A stretch of 63,417 bases of DNA, the filler included, from Chiloscyllium plagiosum (taxonomy: Eukaryota): assembly GCF_004010195.1 (NCBI RefSeq). It is 5 parts of one record of this genome, joined end to end, with 100 filler letters (N's around TTAATTAATTAA, not from the genome) between each part and the next. Parts side by side here need not be neighbours in the genome. Positions count along the whole stretch, not along the records: positions 20,885 to 49,504 come from NC_057711.1; 4 more parts are not named here. One strand, 5' to 3'. Shown one piece after another: positions 37,400-49,604 of the stretch. How positions within the stretch are numbered: position 1 is the first letter of the stretch; the number at the start of each line of letters is the position of its first letter. The position numbers were made by a program, and so were the translations under genes. A model generated the notes under the pieces. It saw only the letters and a program-made list of their open reading frames with translations. It searched no databases and was not told where the DNA came from.

Positions 37400-38550
37400 T
37401 CTACCAGGTGGGTACCTTTTTAGTCAACTTGTCAATGTCCCTCTGGAGTCACTCAGCATCATCCTCACAATTCACTATTCTCCCTATCTCAGAATAATCT
37501 GCAAATTTAGAGATTTTGCCCTCTACATTCATGTCCAAATCATTAATATAAAGAACAAGGATCCCAACACTGACCCCTGGGAAGCAGCACTTTTAACTCG
37601 CCTATCTATACCTACTGTCTGTTTCCTATCTGTTAACCACCTTCTAATCTGTGTTCTTAAGGATGCATCAATCCCAAATATTTCTAATTTGCTAACCAAC
37701 GTGTTATGTGACATTGTATCAAATGCTTTCTGAGAGTCCAAATATACAACATCCATAGCACTCTCCTCATTCACTGCCTATATCTCCTCGTCAAAGAATT
37801 CAATTAAATTTGTCAGACATGATCTGCCTTTCACAAAGTTAAGTTGACTGTCTAGTATTAACTTATTTTTCTCTAAGAACATATTCACCCTTGTTCAGTA
37901 TTATAGCCTCCATCTCATTTCCTATTATTGATTTCATGCTAATAGGTCTGTAGTTTCCTGGGTTATCCTTGTCCCCTTCTTAAACAGCAGTGTCACATTT
38001 GCAATCCTCTAGTCCCCCAGGACCAATCCTGTGTTTAAAGAGACCTGAACATTTCTGTCAATGGCTCGTTAATTTGCTCCCTTACCTCTCTCAGCAATCT
38101 AGATGCATCCTGACCAGGTCTGGTGTCTTTTCCATCTGGAGTGCTGCCAGCTTTCTAGCACCTCTTCTTTATCTATCACTATACTACACAGTTGCTCAAC
38201 ACCGACATTTTCAAATTAGCCATTGACACCATTTTCTAATTTAGAAAAAACAGAAGCAAATTATTTATTTAATGTCTTTGCCATATTCTTTGCTTCAGTA
38301 AGCAGCTACCTGTGCTTGTTCCTTATTGGCTCCACTTTATCCTTCACTAATCTTTTACTATTAAGAAGACTACTATATGAAGAACATCTTACTATTTGTT
38401 TTAGCGCAGCGTGCCATCCTTTCCTCATGCTTCCTTTTCGCCTTCCTTATTCCAGCCCTAACCACTCTTCTGTATTTGAGCTACTCTTCCATTTCTATTA
38501 TTATTCTGGTCTGCATCATATTGCTCCTATTTCTTTCTTAGTTTCTTGAC
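37400..38550 (-). mobile_element. Old CR1 fragment
   Basis: ORF 37529-37774 (DVVYLDSQKAFD...QGSVLG). Confidence 0.7.
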
Positions 38551-38559
38551 AGTATCGAC

Positions 38560-40745
38560 CAGGATAGAAGATTGGCTGACTAATAAGAAGCACAGAGTAA
38601 GCATGTGTGGGTATTTTTCAGCTTGGCAAGATGCAACCAGATATGAGAAAGTGAGGACTTCAGATGTTGGAGATCAGAGTCAAAAAGTGTGATGTTGGAA
38701 AAGCACAGCCAGTCAAGCAGCATCCGAGAAGCAGGAGAATCAACATTTCGAGCTTAAGCTCTTCATCATTCCTGTTGAAGAGCTTATGCTCAAAAGCTCG
38801 ACTCTCCTGCCTGATCAGCTGTGCTTTTCAAGATACAACAAGTAGTGTGTCTCAGACGATCTGTGCTGAGACTTCAATTGTTTACAATTTATATAAATGA
38901 CTTAGATGAAAGGAGGGAAAGTATGGCTGTTAAGTTTGCTGATGGCAGGATAATAAGTAGGAAACTAAATTGTGAAGGACATGTAAGTATGATGCAGAGG
39001 AATATAATTAATGCAGATTGAGTAAAATGTGAAAATGTGAAATTATCAATTTTGTCAGGAAGAATAGAAAGGAAACATATTATTAAATTGGTGAAAGGTT
39101 ACATAGTCCTGATGTGCAGAGAGATCTGTGTATCCTAGTCTATGAATCATAAAATGTTGAGATGCTTGTACACTTAAGCAATTAGGAAAGCTAGCAGCAT
39201 TTTGTAGCTTATTGTGAGGGGAATGTAATACAAAATTCAAGGGGTTAGTTTTCAGTTTTACAGAGCATTGGTGAGACCACATCTATCTACATTGGAGGTC
39301 TACATATTTAAGGAAGGAGGCAAATGCATTGAAAGCTGTTCAGAGGAAGTTTACTCGACAGGTACCTGGAATGGACAGGTTGCTTAATGATGAAAGATTA
39401 GACAGGCGTGGCTTCTATCTGCTGGAGATTAGACAAGTTAGAGGTTATTTGATTGAAATGTATACAATCTTGAGGGGACTTCGTAAGTTGGATGTGGAGA
39501 GGCTGTTTCCTCTTTTAGGGAGAATATAGAAAAAGGAATCATTGTTTAAATATCAAGGGACACTCATTTAAGACAGAGATGAGTTGAATTGTTTTCTCAC
39601 AGAGGATTGTAAGCATTTGGAACATTATTCTTGAAAGGAGTTGGGATGCCATGTCACGGCTGTACAGGACATTGGTTAGGCCACTTTTGGAATATTATCT
39701 GCAATTCTGGTCTGTCTCCTATGGGAAGGATGTTGTGAAACTTGAAAGGGTTCAGAAAAGATTAATAAGGATGTTGCCAGGGTTGGAGGGGTTGAGCTTT
39801 AGGGAGAGGCTGAATAAGCTGGGACCGTTTTCTTAGCCAAGAGGCTGAGGGGTGACCTTGTAGAGGTTTGTTAAATCATGAGCGGTATTGATAGGGTCTT
39901 TTCCCTGTGGTACGGGAGTCCAGATCTAGAAGGCACAGGTTCAGAGTGAGAGAGGAAAGATTTGAAAGGGACCTAAGGGCAACATTTTCATGCAGAGGGT
40001 GCTGTCTGTATGGATTGAGCTGGGTACAATTACAACATTTAAAAGGCATTTGAATGGGTTTATGAATAAGAAGGGTTTAGGGGATACGGCCAAATGCTGG
40101 AAAATGGGACAAGATTAATTTAGGAATTTGGTCAGCATGGAATAGTTGGACCAAGGGGCCTGTTTCCATGTTGTATATCTCTATGACTCTATGACTCTAT
40201 CTCTTCACTGGCATGACACCAAGCTTGTAATTATATTTAATAACTTATAAATCTAATAGATGAGGTATTCATTCCAACTTCTTTATATACTTCAGACTTT
40301 ACATGAGTCACATTTCCATTTTCAGATGGTGGACCTAAGGCATAACCTTTTCATGCAGAGGGTGGTGCGTGTATGGATTGAGCTGCCAGAGGAAGTAGTG
40401 GAGTCTGGTACAATTACAACATTGAAAAGGCATCTGGATGAGTGTATGAATAGGAATGGTTTAGAGGGATATGGGCCAAGTGTTGGCAAATGGGACTAGA
40501 TTGGGTTGGGATATCTGGTCAGCATGGACGAGTTGGACAAAAGGGTCTGTTTCCATGCTGTACATCTCTATGACTCTATGAGGTGGTGGGAGCAGGGTCC
40601 TTGAATGTTTTAAGGCAGGTGTAGATTTCTTTTCAAAGCAAATATTGTCAATGATAGACAGGAATGTGGATTTGATCTTACTGAATTGTGGAGCAGGCTC
40701 GAGAGCTGAATATTCTACTACTACTCCTCATTCACATGTTCGCAT
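38560..40745 (+). mobile_element. CR1 cluster: older copy with two nested younger CR1 3' fragments (39640-40200, 40330-40580)
   Basis: ORFs 38821-39021 (FTIYINDLD..KFADG), 39329-39529, 39651-39836 and 40260-40499; CTATGA tails at about 40195 and 40575. Confidence 0.8.
38641..38828. mobile_element. Foldback PLE mini-insertion inside CR1
   Basis: Degenerate TSD CAAGATGCAACCAG (38627-38640) versus CAAGATACAACAAG (38829-38842); two opposed, mutated hammerhead cores at the centre. Confidence 0.75.
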
Positions 40746-41094
40746 CTAGTTGAGAGGTCTGCATATGAACTCGTGTCCAATGCTGAAGCTGGTTAAAATT
40801 TCAACAAGTCTGCATTCCACATTTGTCAATTTGCTGATCTGTCAAAATTATCTGAAAGCTTACATTTTCTGGTGGAAAATTTACTACCAATAGTTTTCTT
40901 CTGCATTAATAAATTGCTGATAGACATTTGAGAAGATGTTGATAATTTATTTGTTTGTGAAGATTATTGTTAGTATTTTGATCTCCTTAAATTACAGTCA
41001 TTTTGTTGCCTTGCTGTATTCTTCATTCATTGAAGTTGTTGAATCGGACCAGCTGCTTGATTCAATGACAACAAAAGCAAATCAGAAGCTGCAA

Positions 41095-41590
41095 ATCTGA
41101 GGTGAGTAACTCGCCTCCCATCTCCTCAAAGCATGTCCACCATCCAGGACACAAGCCACAAGCCAGGAATGTGATGAAATGCTTCCCACTTGTGCGAATC
41201 ACAGCATCCAGGGCAAAGCATTCTGCTTTTTTGGTACCCCATCGACCACCTTGAACATTCACTCCTTTCAAAGTAGCTGCAGTATGTACTGCAAGATGCA
41301 TTGCAGCAGCTCATCAAGGTTCCTTGGACAGGACCATGATCTCTATGGATTGAAAGGATAAGGGTAGTATAGCTGTACTACCACCAATCATAACCCCACC
41401 AAACCACACACCATTTTTGACTTGGAAATATAGTCTTAGTTCCTTCACTGATGTTGGGTCAGAATTCTGAAACTGTCTTCCTAACAGCACTGTAGATGTA
41501 TCTATCCACATGGGCTGCAGCAGTTCAAGAAGCAGTTCATCACTGCCTTTCAATGGCAATTAGGGAATGGCAATAAATGCTGGTATCTAC
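41095..41590 (+). mobile_element. 3' end of the second LINE family
   Basis: Reverse-complement similarity to about 9600-10150; ends GGCAATAAATGCTGG. Confidence 0.7.
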
Positions 41591-41670
41591 AGACTACAAC
41601 AATGGGCATGTTATAATAGCTATCATTACAGGGTCAAGGTTCCTCACCCCAGAAAAACTAATAAATTGAT

Positions 41671-41877
41671 CAAAGTTTGGGTGAAGATTTGTAGCTCGGG
41701 TGCTCGCTGTTGTGGTTCTGTTCGCCAACCGGAAGCGGCAGGGACAGGCCACTATAAATACCGGAGGAAACACCACAGAAGCGCTTCACAGGAGGCTCCC
41801 AAGCACTGAGGATGTCACCTAGACAGGGGACGAAATGTTTGCAACAAAAATTTCCAGCTCGGCGAACAGAACCACAA
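41671..41877 (+). mobile_element. PLE mini-insertion (third family) with hammerhead core, 12-bp TSD
   Basis: TSD TAATAAATTGAT at 41659-41670 and 41878-41889; CTGAGGA-TGTCACCTAGACAGGGGAC-GAAA at 41806-41835; inverted TTGTGGTTCTGTTCGCC/GGCGAACAGAACCACAA segments. Confidence 0.82.
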
Positions 41878-41950
41878 TAATAAATTGATGTTGTTTCCGT
41901 TAATACAGAAAATGTTGAGGGGGGAGCTGTTTGAGGTGTACAAAGTTATG

Positions 41951-42587
41951 TGTTATGGAGTATTCCAGACCCCCTCAAAATACTTCAAGAAAGTAGCCCA
42001 GAGCCTAGCTTTTCCAGTTGCTGTAAACAGGTGTGAAGTAGATATTCCAGGAGTGATGCAGCTGGCCCAACCACTTAGTTTTAAATAGTGCAGAATTTAT
42101 TTGCAAGATTAGCAAATGAAACACTAACATAAAACAACAGAATAACTTATCCAATCTAAGAACCCAGTAGATTATCTTAATCTAATGAAGCTGTTCCAAA
42201 TTCCTGCAACAATCCTCAATAACACCCCTTGGCAGAAATGGTAAAATCAAACACAGGGTCTTACAAGAGAGATGTTGGAGAGAGAGAGATGGCAGAACGA
42301 TTCAGCATGGAACACCTTCTTCCATGTAACTGTTTCTTTGACCAGCAGCTTCAAAACTGACTGACTGCTCTGAACAGCCATATTGTGAAAACCCAAATCA
42401 AACCAAACCAGAGAAAGGCTGAGCTGGGACAACTGGCCACTCCCTTTCATTGTACAAGTGCTTCTTTTAAAACATAAAAGCTTCCTCAAGTAGATCAAAT
42501 CCAGACATTCTGGAGCCTGTAACTTTACAACCTTCTGAAAAAACAAACAAAGCAACCCAACCTTGTTAAAGAGGTAGCATCATCACA
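41951..42587 (-). mobile_element. 3' LTR of the Gmr1-like Gypsy element
   Basis: Minus strand reads TGTGATG...CATAACA (TG..CA ends with short inverted termini), immediately preceded by the polypurine tract GGGGGAG (42588-42594). Confidence 0.8.
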
Positions 42588-44053
42588 CTCCCCCATTAAA
42601 AAAAGAACCAACAATATCCAAAGATTGCTTCATTTTAAAGCCCCTTAATCTTAAGTTGTTAGTATACAACAGCACACTTATAGATTACATTGACAATAAT
42701 CATGCAATCATGCACTACTACATTCTGTCTCAGCCTGTTTTACTCCTGCCACCGAGTGCCTCTTTCTCATTCAAGTCTTGACAATGTGTCAGCAATTAGA
42801 TTTTCTCGTCTTGCCACATGCACGATTTTCAAATTGAATGGCTGTAGCAATAAACTCCATCCAAACAGTCTGGAAGTTTTGTCTTTAAATTTCTCCATAA
42901 ATGTCAGTGGTTTTTAATCAGTATATATGACTGTCTCAGATATATTACTAGTAGCATAAACATTGAAATTTGTAACCCCAACAACACGTTCAAACTCTCC
43001 TTCTTAACTGTTGAATATTTCTGCTAATGCATGTTCAATTTCCTGGAGAAATACCCAATAGGTCTTTCTATTTTCTCGTCATCTTCCTATAAGAGCACCA
43101 CACCAACACCCACATGACTTGCGTCGATAGCCACCCTGAATGGCTTGATGTAATTAGGTATGGCTAACATGAGGCAGTGGTTAACACAGCTTTCAGGTTG
43201 TCAAATGCCTTTTGTTGATGGTCTAGGAAACTCCCCAGTTACCTTTGTTTTTGCATCCCGTGGGGCCATTTGTCCATGTCCTATAAATGGCCAGGAAGGT
43301 GACTTGACTTGGGCTTTGGCAAATGGACTGTCAGCCAGGTTTATCATCAAGCCTGCCTCCCGAGGTTGATCGAATAATTCTGATAAATGTTGCAAATGTT
43401 CCTTCCATGTTTGACTAAAAATCACCAGGTCATTTATGTAAACTACACAATTCGGAAATGTAATTCAGAAATGACCTTATTGGTTAGTGTCTATAATGTG
43501 GCTGGCGCATTTTTCATACCGAATGGCATGACTTTAAACTGATACACTTCATTCGGTGTTATAAAAACCAAAATTGACTTCGCTGTTTAGGACAAAGGTA
43601 CCTGCCAGTATCCCTTTGAGCAAGTTGCTTGTCCCACCTTTCAACACAGTGTCCTAATTTGGAATCAGATATGCATCAGTCTTTGTAACTGCATTGATTT
43701 TGCGATCGTCCACACATAACTGTCGGGTATCATCTGGTTTTGGCACCATTATTATAGGTTAGCTCCGGTCACTAACTCATTTTGGTGATGTCGTCTTGGA
43801 GCATGTGTTCAATCCCCTTTTGAACCTGTGCCAACTTTAGAGCTTATGCCTATAAGGATTTTGCTTAATCAGAACAGCATCTCCTATATCTACATCATGC
43901 ATAATTAGGTTAGTACTTGCCAGTTTATTTCCACTTATCTCCCCATGTGATAGTAATAACTCTTTCAGGTCATTTCGATATTCCTCTGGAAGATAACTCA
44001 ATAATTTATCCTAATTTTTGAAACTTCCTCATTGCCCAATTTAATTTGAGGAA

Positions 44054-45184
44054 TAGGAGAAAGTGAGGACTGCAGATGCTGGTGATCAGAGCTGAAAATG
44101 TGTTGCTGGAAAAGTGCAGCAGGTCAGGCTGCATCCATGAAGCAGGAGAATCGACATTTCGGGCATGAGCCCTTCTTCAGGAATGAGGAAAGTGTGCCAA
44201 GCAGGCTAAGATAAAAGGTAGGGAGGAGGGATTTGGGGGAGGGGCATTGGAAATGCGATAAGTGGAAGGAGGTTAAGGTGAGGGTGATAGGCTGGAGTGG
44301 GGGNNNNNNNNNNNNNNNNNNNNNNNNNNNNNNNNNNNNNNNNNNNNNNNNNNNNNNNNNNNNNNNNNNNNNNNNNNNNNNNNNNNNNNNNNNNNNNNNN
44401 NNNNNNNNNNNNNNNNNNNNNNNNNNNNNNNNNNNNNNNNNNNNNNNNNNNNNNNNNNNNNNNNNNNNNNNNNNNNNNNNNNNNNNNNNNNNNNNNNNNN
44501 NNNNNNNNNNNNNNNNNNNNNNNNNNNNNNNNNNNNNNNNNNNNNNNNNNNNNNNNNNNNNNNNNNNNNNNNNNNNNNNNNNNNNNNNNNNNNNNNNNNN
44601 NNNNNNNNNNNNNNNNNNNNNNNNNNNNNNNNNNNNNNNNNNNNNNNNNNNNNNNNNNNNNNNNNNNNNNNNNNNNNNNNNNNNNNNNNNNNNNNNNNNN
44701 NNNNNNNNNNNNNNNNNNNNNNNNNNNNNNNNNNNNNNNNNNNNNNNNNNNNNNNNNNNNNNNNNNNNNNNNNNNNNNNNNNNNNNNNNNNNNNNNNNNN
44801 NNNNNNNNNNNNNNNNNNNNNNNNNNNNNNNNNNNNNNNNNNNNNNNNNNNNNNNNNNNNNNNNNNNNNNNNNNNNNNNNNNNNNNNNNNNNNGGAACGT
44901 TTCAGAGAACACCTCTGGGACACCCGGACCAACCAACCTAACCACCCCGTGGCTCAACACTTCAACACCCCCTCCCACTCCACCAAGGACATGCAGATCC
45001 TTGGACTCCTCCATCGCCAGACCATAGCAACACAGCGGCTGGAGGAAGAATGCCTCACCTTCCGCCTAGGAACCCTCCAACCACAAGGGATGAACTCAGA
45101 TTTCTCCAGTTTCCTCATTTCCCCTCCCCCACCTTGTCTTAGTCCCAGTCCTCGAACTCAGCACCACCTTCCTAACCTACAATC
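44054..45184. mobile_element. PLE insertion with inverted ends and GIY-YIG C-terminus, 13-bp TSD, spanning N gap 44304-44893
   Basis: TSD TTAATTTGAGGAA at 44041-44053 and 45185-45197; plus-strand HFNTPSH...RLEEECLTFRLGTLQPQGMN; minus-strand hammerhead-like core at about 44150-44180. Confidence 0.85.
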
Positions 45185-46009
45185 TTAATTTGAGGAACGT
45201 CCAGTTTGGAATCCTCTCAACTTGGTTCTTTACCCTGTGTTGAAGGCAATAGCACAGGTTCCTTTGACTTTCCTTCCCTGTCAAAATAACTTTTCAGCAT
45301 ATTCACATGACACACCCTGTGAGATTTATTTCTATTTGGAGTCCTTATCAAGTAGTTCACCTCATTCAATTTTCTTTTGACTTGATAAGCTCCACTAAAC
45401 CTTGCTTCTAAAGGTTCACTTATCATTGACACCTTATCTCCGATAGCAAAATTGCAAGTTTTTGGTTTCTTGTCTGCTTCCTGTTTTACTGTATGCTATG
45501 ATACTTTTAAATGTTGTCTCGCCAACACCCCCGCTCTATTGAGTTGTTCCCTAAAATTTAACAAATAGTCCAAATTATGGCTTACCAATTTCTCTTTAAT
45601 CAATTTTAGCAGACCCCTCACTTCATGCCAAAAAACTAATTCAAATGGACTGTATTTGGTCAATTTAGTTGGTGCATCTCTGACTGCAAAAAGTACAAAC
45701 GGAATTCACTTATGCCAATCATCTGGATAGTCTTGACAAGTCCTCAACATGGTCTTTAATATTTGATGCCACCTTTCTAGCACTCCCTGCAATTTGAGTT
45801 GGTACGCAGTAGATTTGAATTGTTTAACTCCTGAACTGTCTGTAACTTCTTTGAATAATTTTGATCTGAAATGTGACCCTTGATCTCATTGTATCTCTAT
45901 TGGTAGTCTATATCTAGTGAAAAGAATTGAGCAATTACTCTAAAATCCTTTTAGCTGCGATATTGCGTAATAGAATGACCTCTGGAAATCTAGGGGACAC
46001 ATCCATTAT

Positions 46010-46340
46010 TAGAACTTAGAACCCCTACAGTGTGGAAACAGTCCCTTCGGCCAGTAAAGCCACATCAAATCTCATAAGAGTCTCCCACCCAGACCCATTC
46101 TCATATTTCTCTATATTTCCCCTGACAAATGCATCTAACACTATGGGCAATTTAGTATGACCAACCCACCTAACCTGCACATCTTTGGATTGTGAGAGGA
46201 AACCAGAAAACCTGGAGGAAGTCCGTGCAGACACAGGGAGAATGTGCAAACTCCACACAGACAGTCGCTCAAGGCTGGAATTGAACCTGGGCCTCCACTG
46301 CTGTGAGGGTGCAGTGTTAACTACTGAGCCACCATGCCAT
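46010..46340 (-). mobile_element. HE1-like V-SINE inserted in the Gypsy integrase
   Basis: Reverse complement reads GGCATGGTGGCTCAGTAGTTAACACTGC...GGTTCAATTCC, followed by the V core. Confidence 0.88.
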
Positions 46341-47109
46341 CCCCTTTATTGTGAACAAATACTGAGTCCCAATTTTTATTTTAGGTAGGGGTGCAATGCA
46401 TTCAATTAAGATGCTTGTAAAAGGTTCCTCAAATGCAAGAATAGGTATTAAAGGTGCAGGTTTTATTACTGCCTGCGATTTTCCAGTTACTTGACATGCA
46501 TGACATGTCTGGCAAAATTCAATTACATCTTTGTGGAGTGCAGGCCAGTATTCTGACTGAATACGTGATGGTCTCCATTTCTTCATTAAGGCATCATTTT
46601 TTAAAGATAGTAGCATTCAGGGATACACTCGGATTCTTTTTCTGTGTATGCCTTTTGTTACAATCACTTTAAATGTTTATCTTTCTGCTCAGTTAACTTA
46701 TCATAGAATTACCATAGAATCCCTCCAGTGTGGAAACAGGTCATTATCTGAGCTAAAGATGTCTGCTTTGTCATCTATCTGCTCCTGGTTTGTGTCAACC
46801 ACCCGATCAAACCGGGTTTTTGCTAATTCCACTTTAACTTTCTCATCTGTACTCTTCGATCTCTCCTGTTTCAACTGGTGACTTTGTGACCTCGTCAGCA
46901 CACAGTCAGGAGAAATCCCAGAATATGCTTCCTGGAACACCTCAGTTGCCTGATTTTCCACTGGCTTTCCAACCACAGTAGGTAGCACTCCTACCTGTGA
47001 ACTGGCTACATCGTTAGCAAGGACAAATTGTATTCCTGGAGCTGAGAGTTTGTCCAGTACTCCTATCATGACTTCCCCACTCTTCACTGGACACTCTAAC
47101 CTCATGTCT

Positions 47110-49010
47110 CTGCTTATCTGATGTCATTCTAAACTAATTCCATCTCCCTGCACATGGTCCATATCCCTCTATTCCCTGCCTGTTCATGCATTTGTCTAAA
47201 TGCCTCTTAACTCTGCTGTTCTATTTGCTTCTACTATCTCCCCGGCAACACGTTCCAGATATCTATCACCCTCTGCTTTAAATTTTTCCCACTGATTTTA
47301 AACTTGTGCCCCCTATTATTTGATATTTCCGCCCTGGAAAAGTCTCTGACTATCCATCTTATCCATGACTATCATAATTTCATGTAGGAGGAAGTGAAGA
47401 ATGCAGATGCTGGAGATCAAAGTCAAGTGGGCTGTGCTGGAAAAACACAGCAGGCCAGGCAGCATCCGAGGAGCAGGAGAATTTCCTGGCTTTCCTGGAT
47501 AGCTTCCCCCCAACCTCAACCTCTCCTATTTATTGCTCAGCATTCCCCCCCAAACAGCCCACAAGCCTCATTCCTGGTGAAGGGCATATGCCCGAAATAT
47601 CGATTCTGCTGCTCCTCAGATGCTGCCTGATCTGCTAGAATTTTATATAGTCTATCAGATTGCTGCTCAACTTCCGACACTCCAGTGAAAACAATCCAAG
47701 TTTGTCCAAATTCTTCTGATAGCTAATACATTCCAATCTGGGCACAATCCTGGTAAACCTCGTTTGCACCCTCTCCAAAGCATTCGCATCCTTCCTATAG
47801 TGTGGTGATCAGAACTGCATACAATACTCCAAATGTGGCCTATCTAAAATCTTACAAGGTTGCAACATAACTTGCCAACTTTTATGCTCAATGCCATGAC
47901 CAATGAAGGCAAACATGCTGTATACCTTCTTTACCACATTGTCCACATGTATAGTAGCTTTCAGGGAGACATGGACTTGAACCCCAAGATCCATTTATAT
48001 ATCAATGTTACTAAGGGTCCTGCCATTTACAATATACTTTCCTTTTGCAGTTGACCTCCCAATAATTAAACTCCAACTGCCGTTTCTCTGCCCAACCTTT
48101 CAATTGCTTTATCCTGCTATATCCTTTGATAACCTTCCTTACTAACTATTCACAACTCCATCAATTTTCATGTTATCTACAAACTTATTCATCACATTTT
48201 CATCAAAATCATTTACTTATATAGCAAACAACAGTGGTTCAGAATTGGCCATTGCAGAACATACTAGTCATTGGCCTCCAGTCAGAAAAACACCCCATCC
48301 ACAACTACTCTCGGTCTTCTATAACTAAGGCAGTCTGATATTAAACTTATCAATTCACCCTGGATCCCATGTGATTCAATCTTTTGGACCAGATTACCAT
48401 GAGGGACCTTGTCAAATGCTTTAGTAAAGTCCATGTAGAAAAAAATCCATTGTCCTATCCACATCAATTATGGTTGTTATTTCTTCAAAAATCTCAAACA
48501 TGTTTATCAGACCAGACCTCGCTTGTATACAACCATTCCTACTATCCCTAATAAGTCCATTCTTCTCCAAATGCGAGTAAAACCAGTCTATAAGAATTTT
48601 TTTCAATGATTTTCCTACTACTGATGTAAGGCTTACCACCCTATAATTTCCTGGATTATCCGTGTTGCTCTTCTTAAAGAAAGGAACAAATTTAACTATT
48701 CACCAGTCTTCTGCGATCTCACCTGTGACTAAAGAGCATACAAAGATCTCTGCCAAGGTTCCAGCAATCTCTTCCCTTGCCTTCATCAGTATCCTGTGAT
48801 AGATCCCAATAACTGCTGGAAACTTATCTTACTTAAGGTTTTTCAAGGCACCTAATGCCTCATTCTTAATATCGAAATGGTCCCAGAATATCAACATATC
48901 TCTTTCTCATCTTACCAATCATGGAGGTCCCTCTCTTTAGTGAATAGCGATGTGAAGTATCATTAAGAACCTCACCCACCTCCTCTGGTTCCATGCTTAA
49001 ATTCTTTCCT
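47110..49010 (-). mobile_element. Decayed CR1 LINE
   Basis: ORF fragments MDFTKAFDKVPH, RPHLEYCMQF and VSLTSVVGK. Confidence 0.8.
47388..47638. mobile_element. Foldback PLE mini-insertion inside CR1
   Basis: Degenerate TSD AATTTCATGTAG / AATTTTATATAG; core CCTGGTGA-AGGGCATATGCCC-GAAA. Confidence 0.72.
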
Positions 49011-49011
49011 T

Positions 49012-49504
49012 GTGCGAAGGTTGGTAGGATGGAAGGTGAGCACCAGGGGCGTTCTGTCCTTGTTACGGTTGGAGGGGTGGGGTCTGAGGGCGGAGGTGTG
49101 GGATTTAGATGAGATGTGTTGGAGGGCATCTTTAACCACGTGGGAAGGGAAATTGCGGTCTCTAAAGAAGGAGGCCATCTGGTGTGTTCTGTGGTGGAAC
49201 TGGTCCTCCTGGGAGCAGATCCGGCGGAGGCGGAGGAATTGGGAATACGGGATGGCATTTTTGCAAGAGGTAGGGTGGGAAGAGGTATAATCCAGGTAGC
49301 TGTGAGAGTCGGTGGGTTTGTAAAACATGTCAGTGTCAAGTCGGTCGTCATTAATGGAGATGGAGAGGTCCAGGAAGGGGAGAGAGGTGTCAGAGATGGT
49401 CCAGGTAAATTTAAGGGCAGGGAGGCATGTGTTGGTGTAGTTGATGAATTGCTCAACCTCCTCGCGAGAGCATGAGGTGGCACCAATGCAGTCATCAATG
49501 TAGC
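49012..49504 (-). mobile_element. Penelope-like element reverse transcriptase fragment
   Basis: YIDDCIG...FLDLSISI...FYKPTDSHSYLDYTSSHP..KNAIPYSQFLRLRRICS, the characteristic PLE RT/thumb sequence. Confidence 0.9.
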
Positions 49505-49604
49505 NNNNNNNNNNNNNNNNNNNNNNNNNNNNNNNNNNNNNNNNNNNNTTAATTAATTAANNNNNNNNNNNNNNNNNNNNNNNNNNNNNNNNNNNNNNNN
49601 NNNN

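Larger units (their letters stand above)
42588..47105 (-). mobile_element. Gmr1-like Ty3/Gypsy internal region, decayed pol with order PR-IN-RT-RH
   Basis: Reading on minus: protease tail (IQFVLANDVA, 46701-47105), integrase Zn finger (YWPALHKDVIEFCQTCHACQ), integrase core (DQGSHF..GVLERWHQILKTML), GPY-type motif (ARFSGAYQVKRKLNEVNY), then RT (VMPFGMKNAPAT, VYINDLVIFS) and RNase H (IDASHVGVG, RPIGYFSRKL, ADTLSR). Confidence 0.85.

Noticed and set aside
41030..41110. Exon-like segment ending GAG|GTGAGT
   Set aside because: All three frames contain stops, and the donor-like motif belongs to the second LINE family (compare about 10135-10150 on the other strand).
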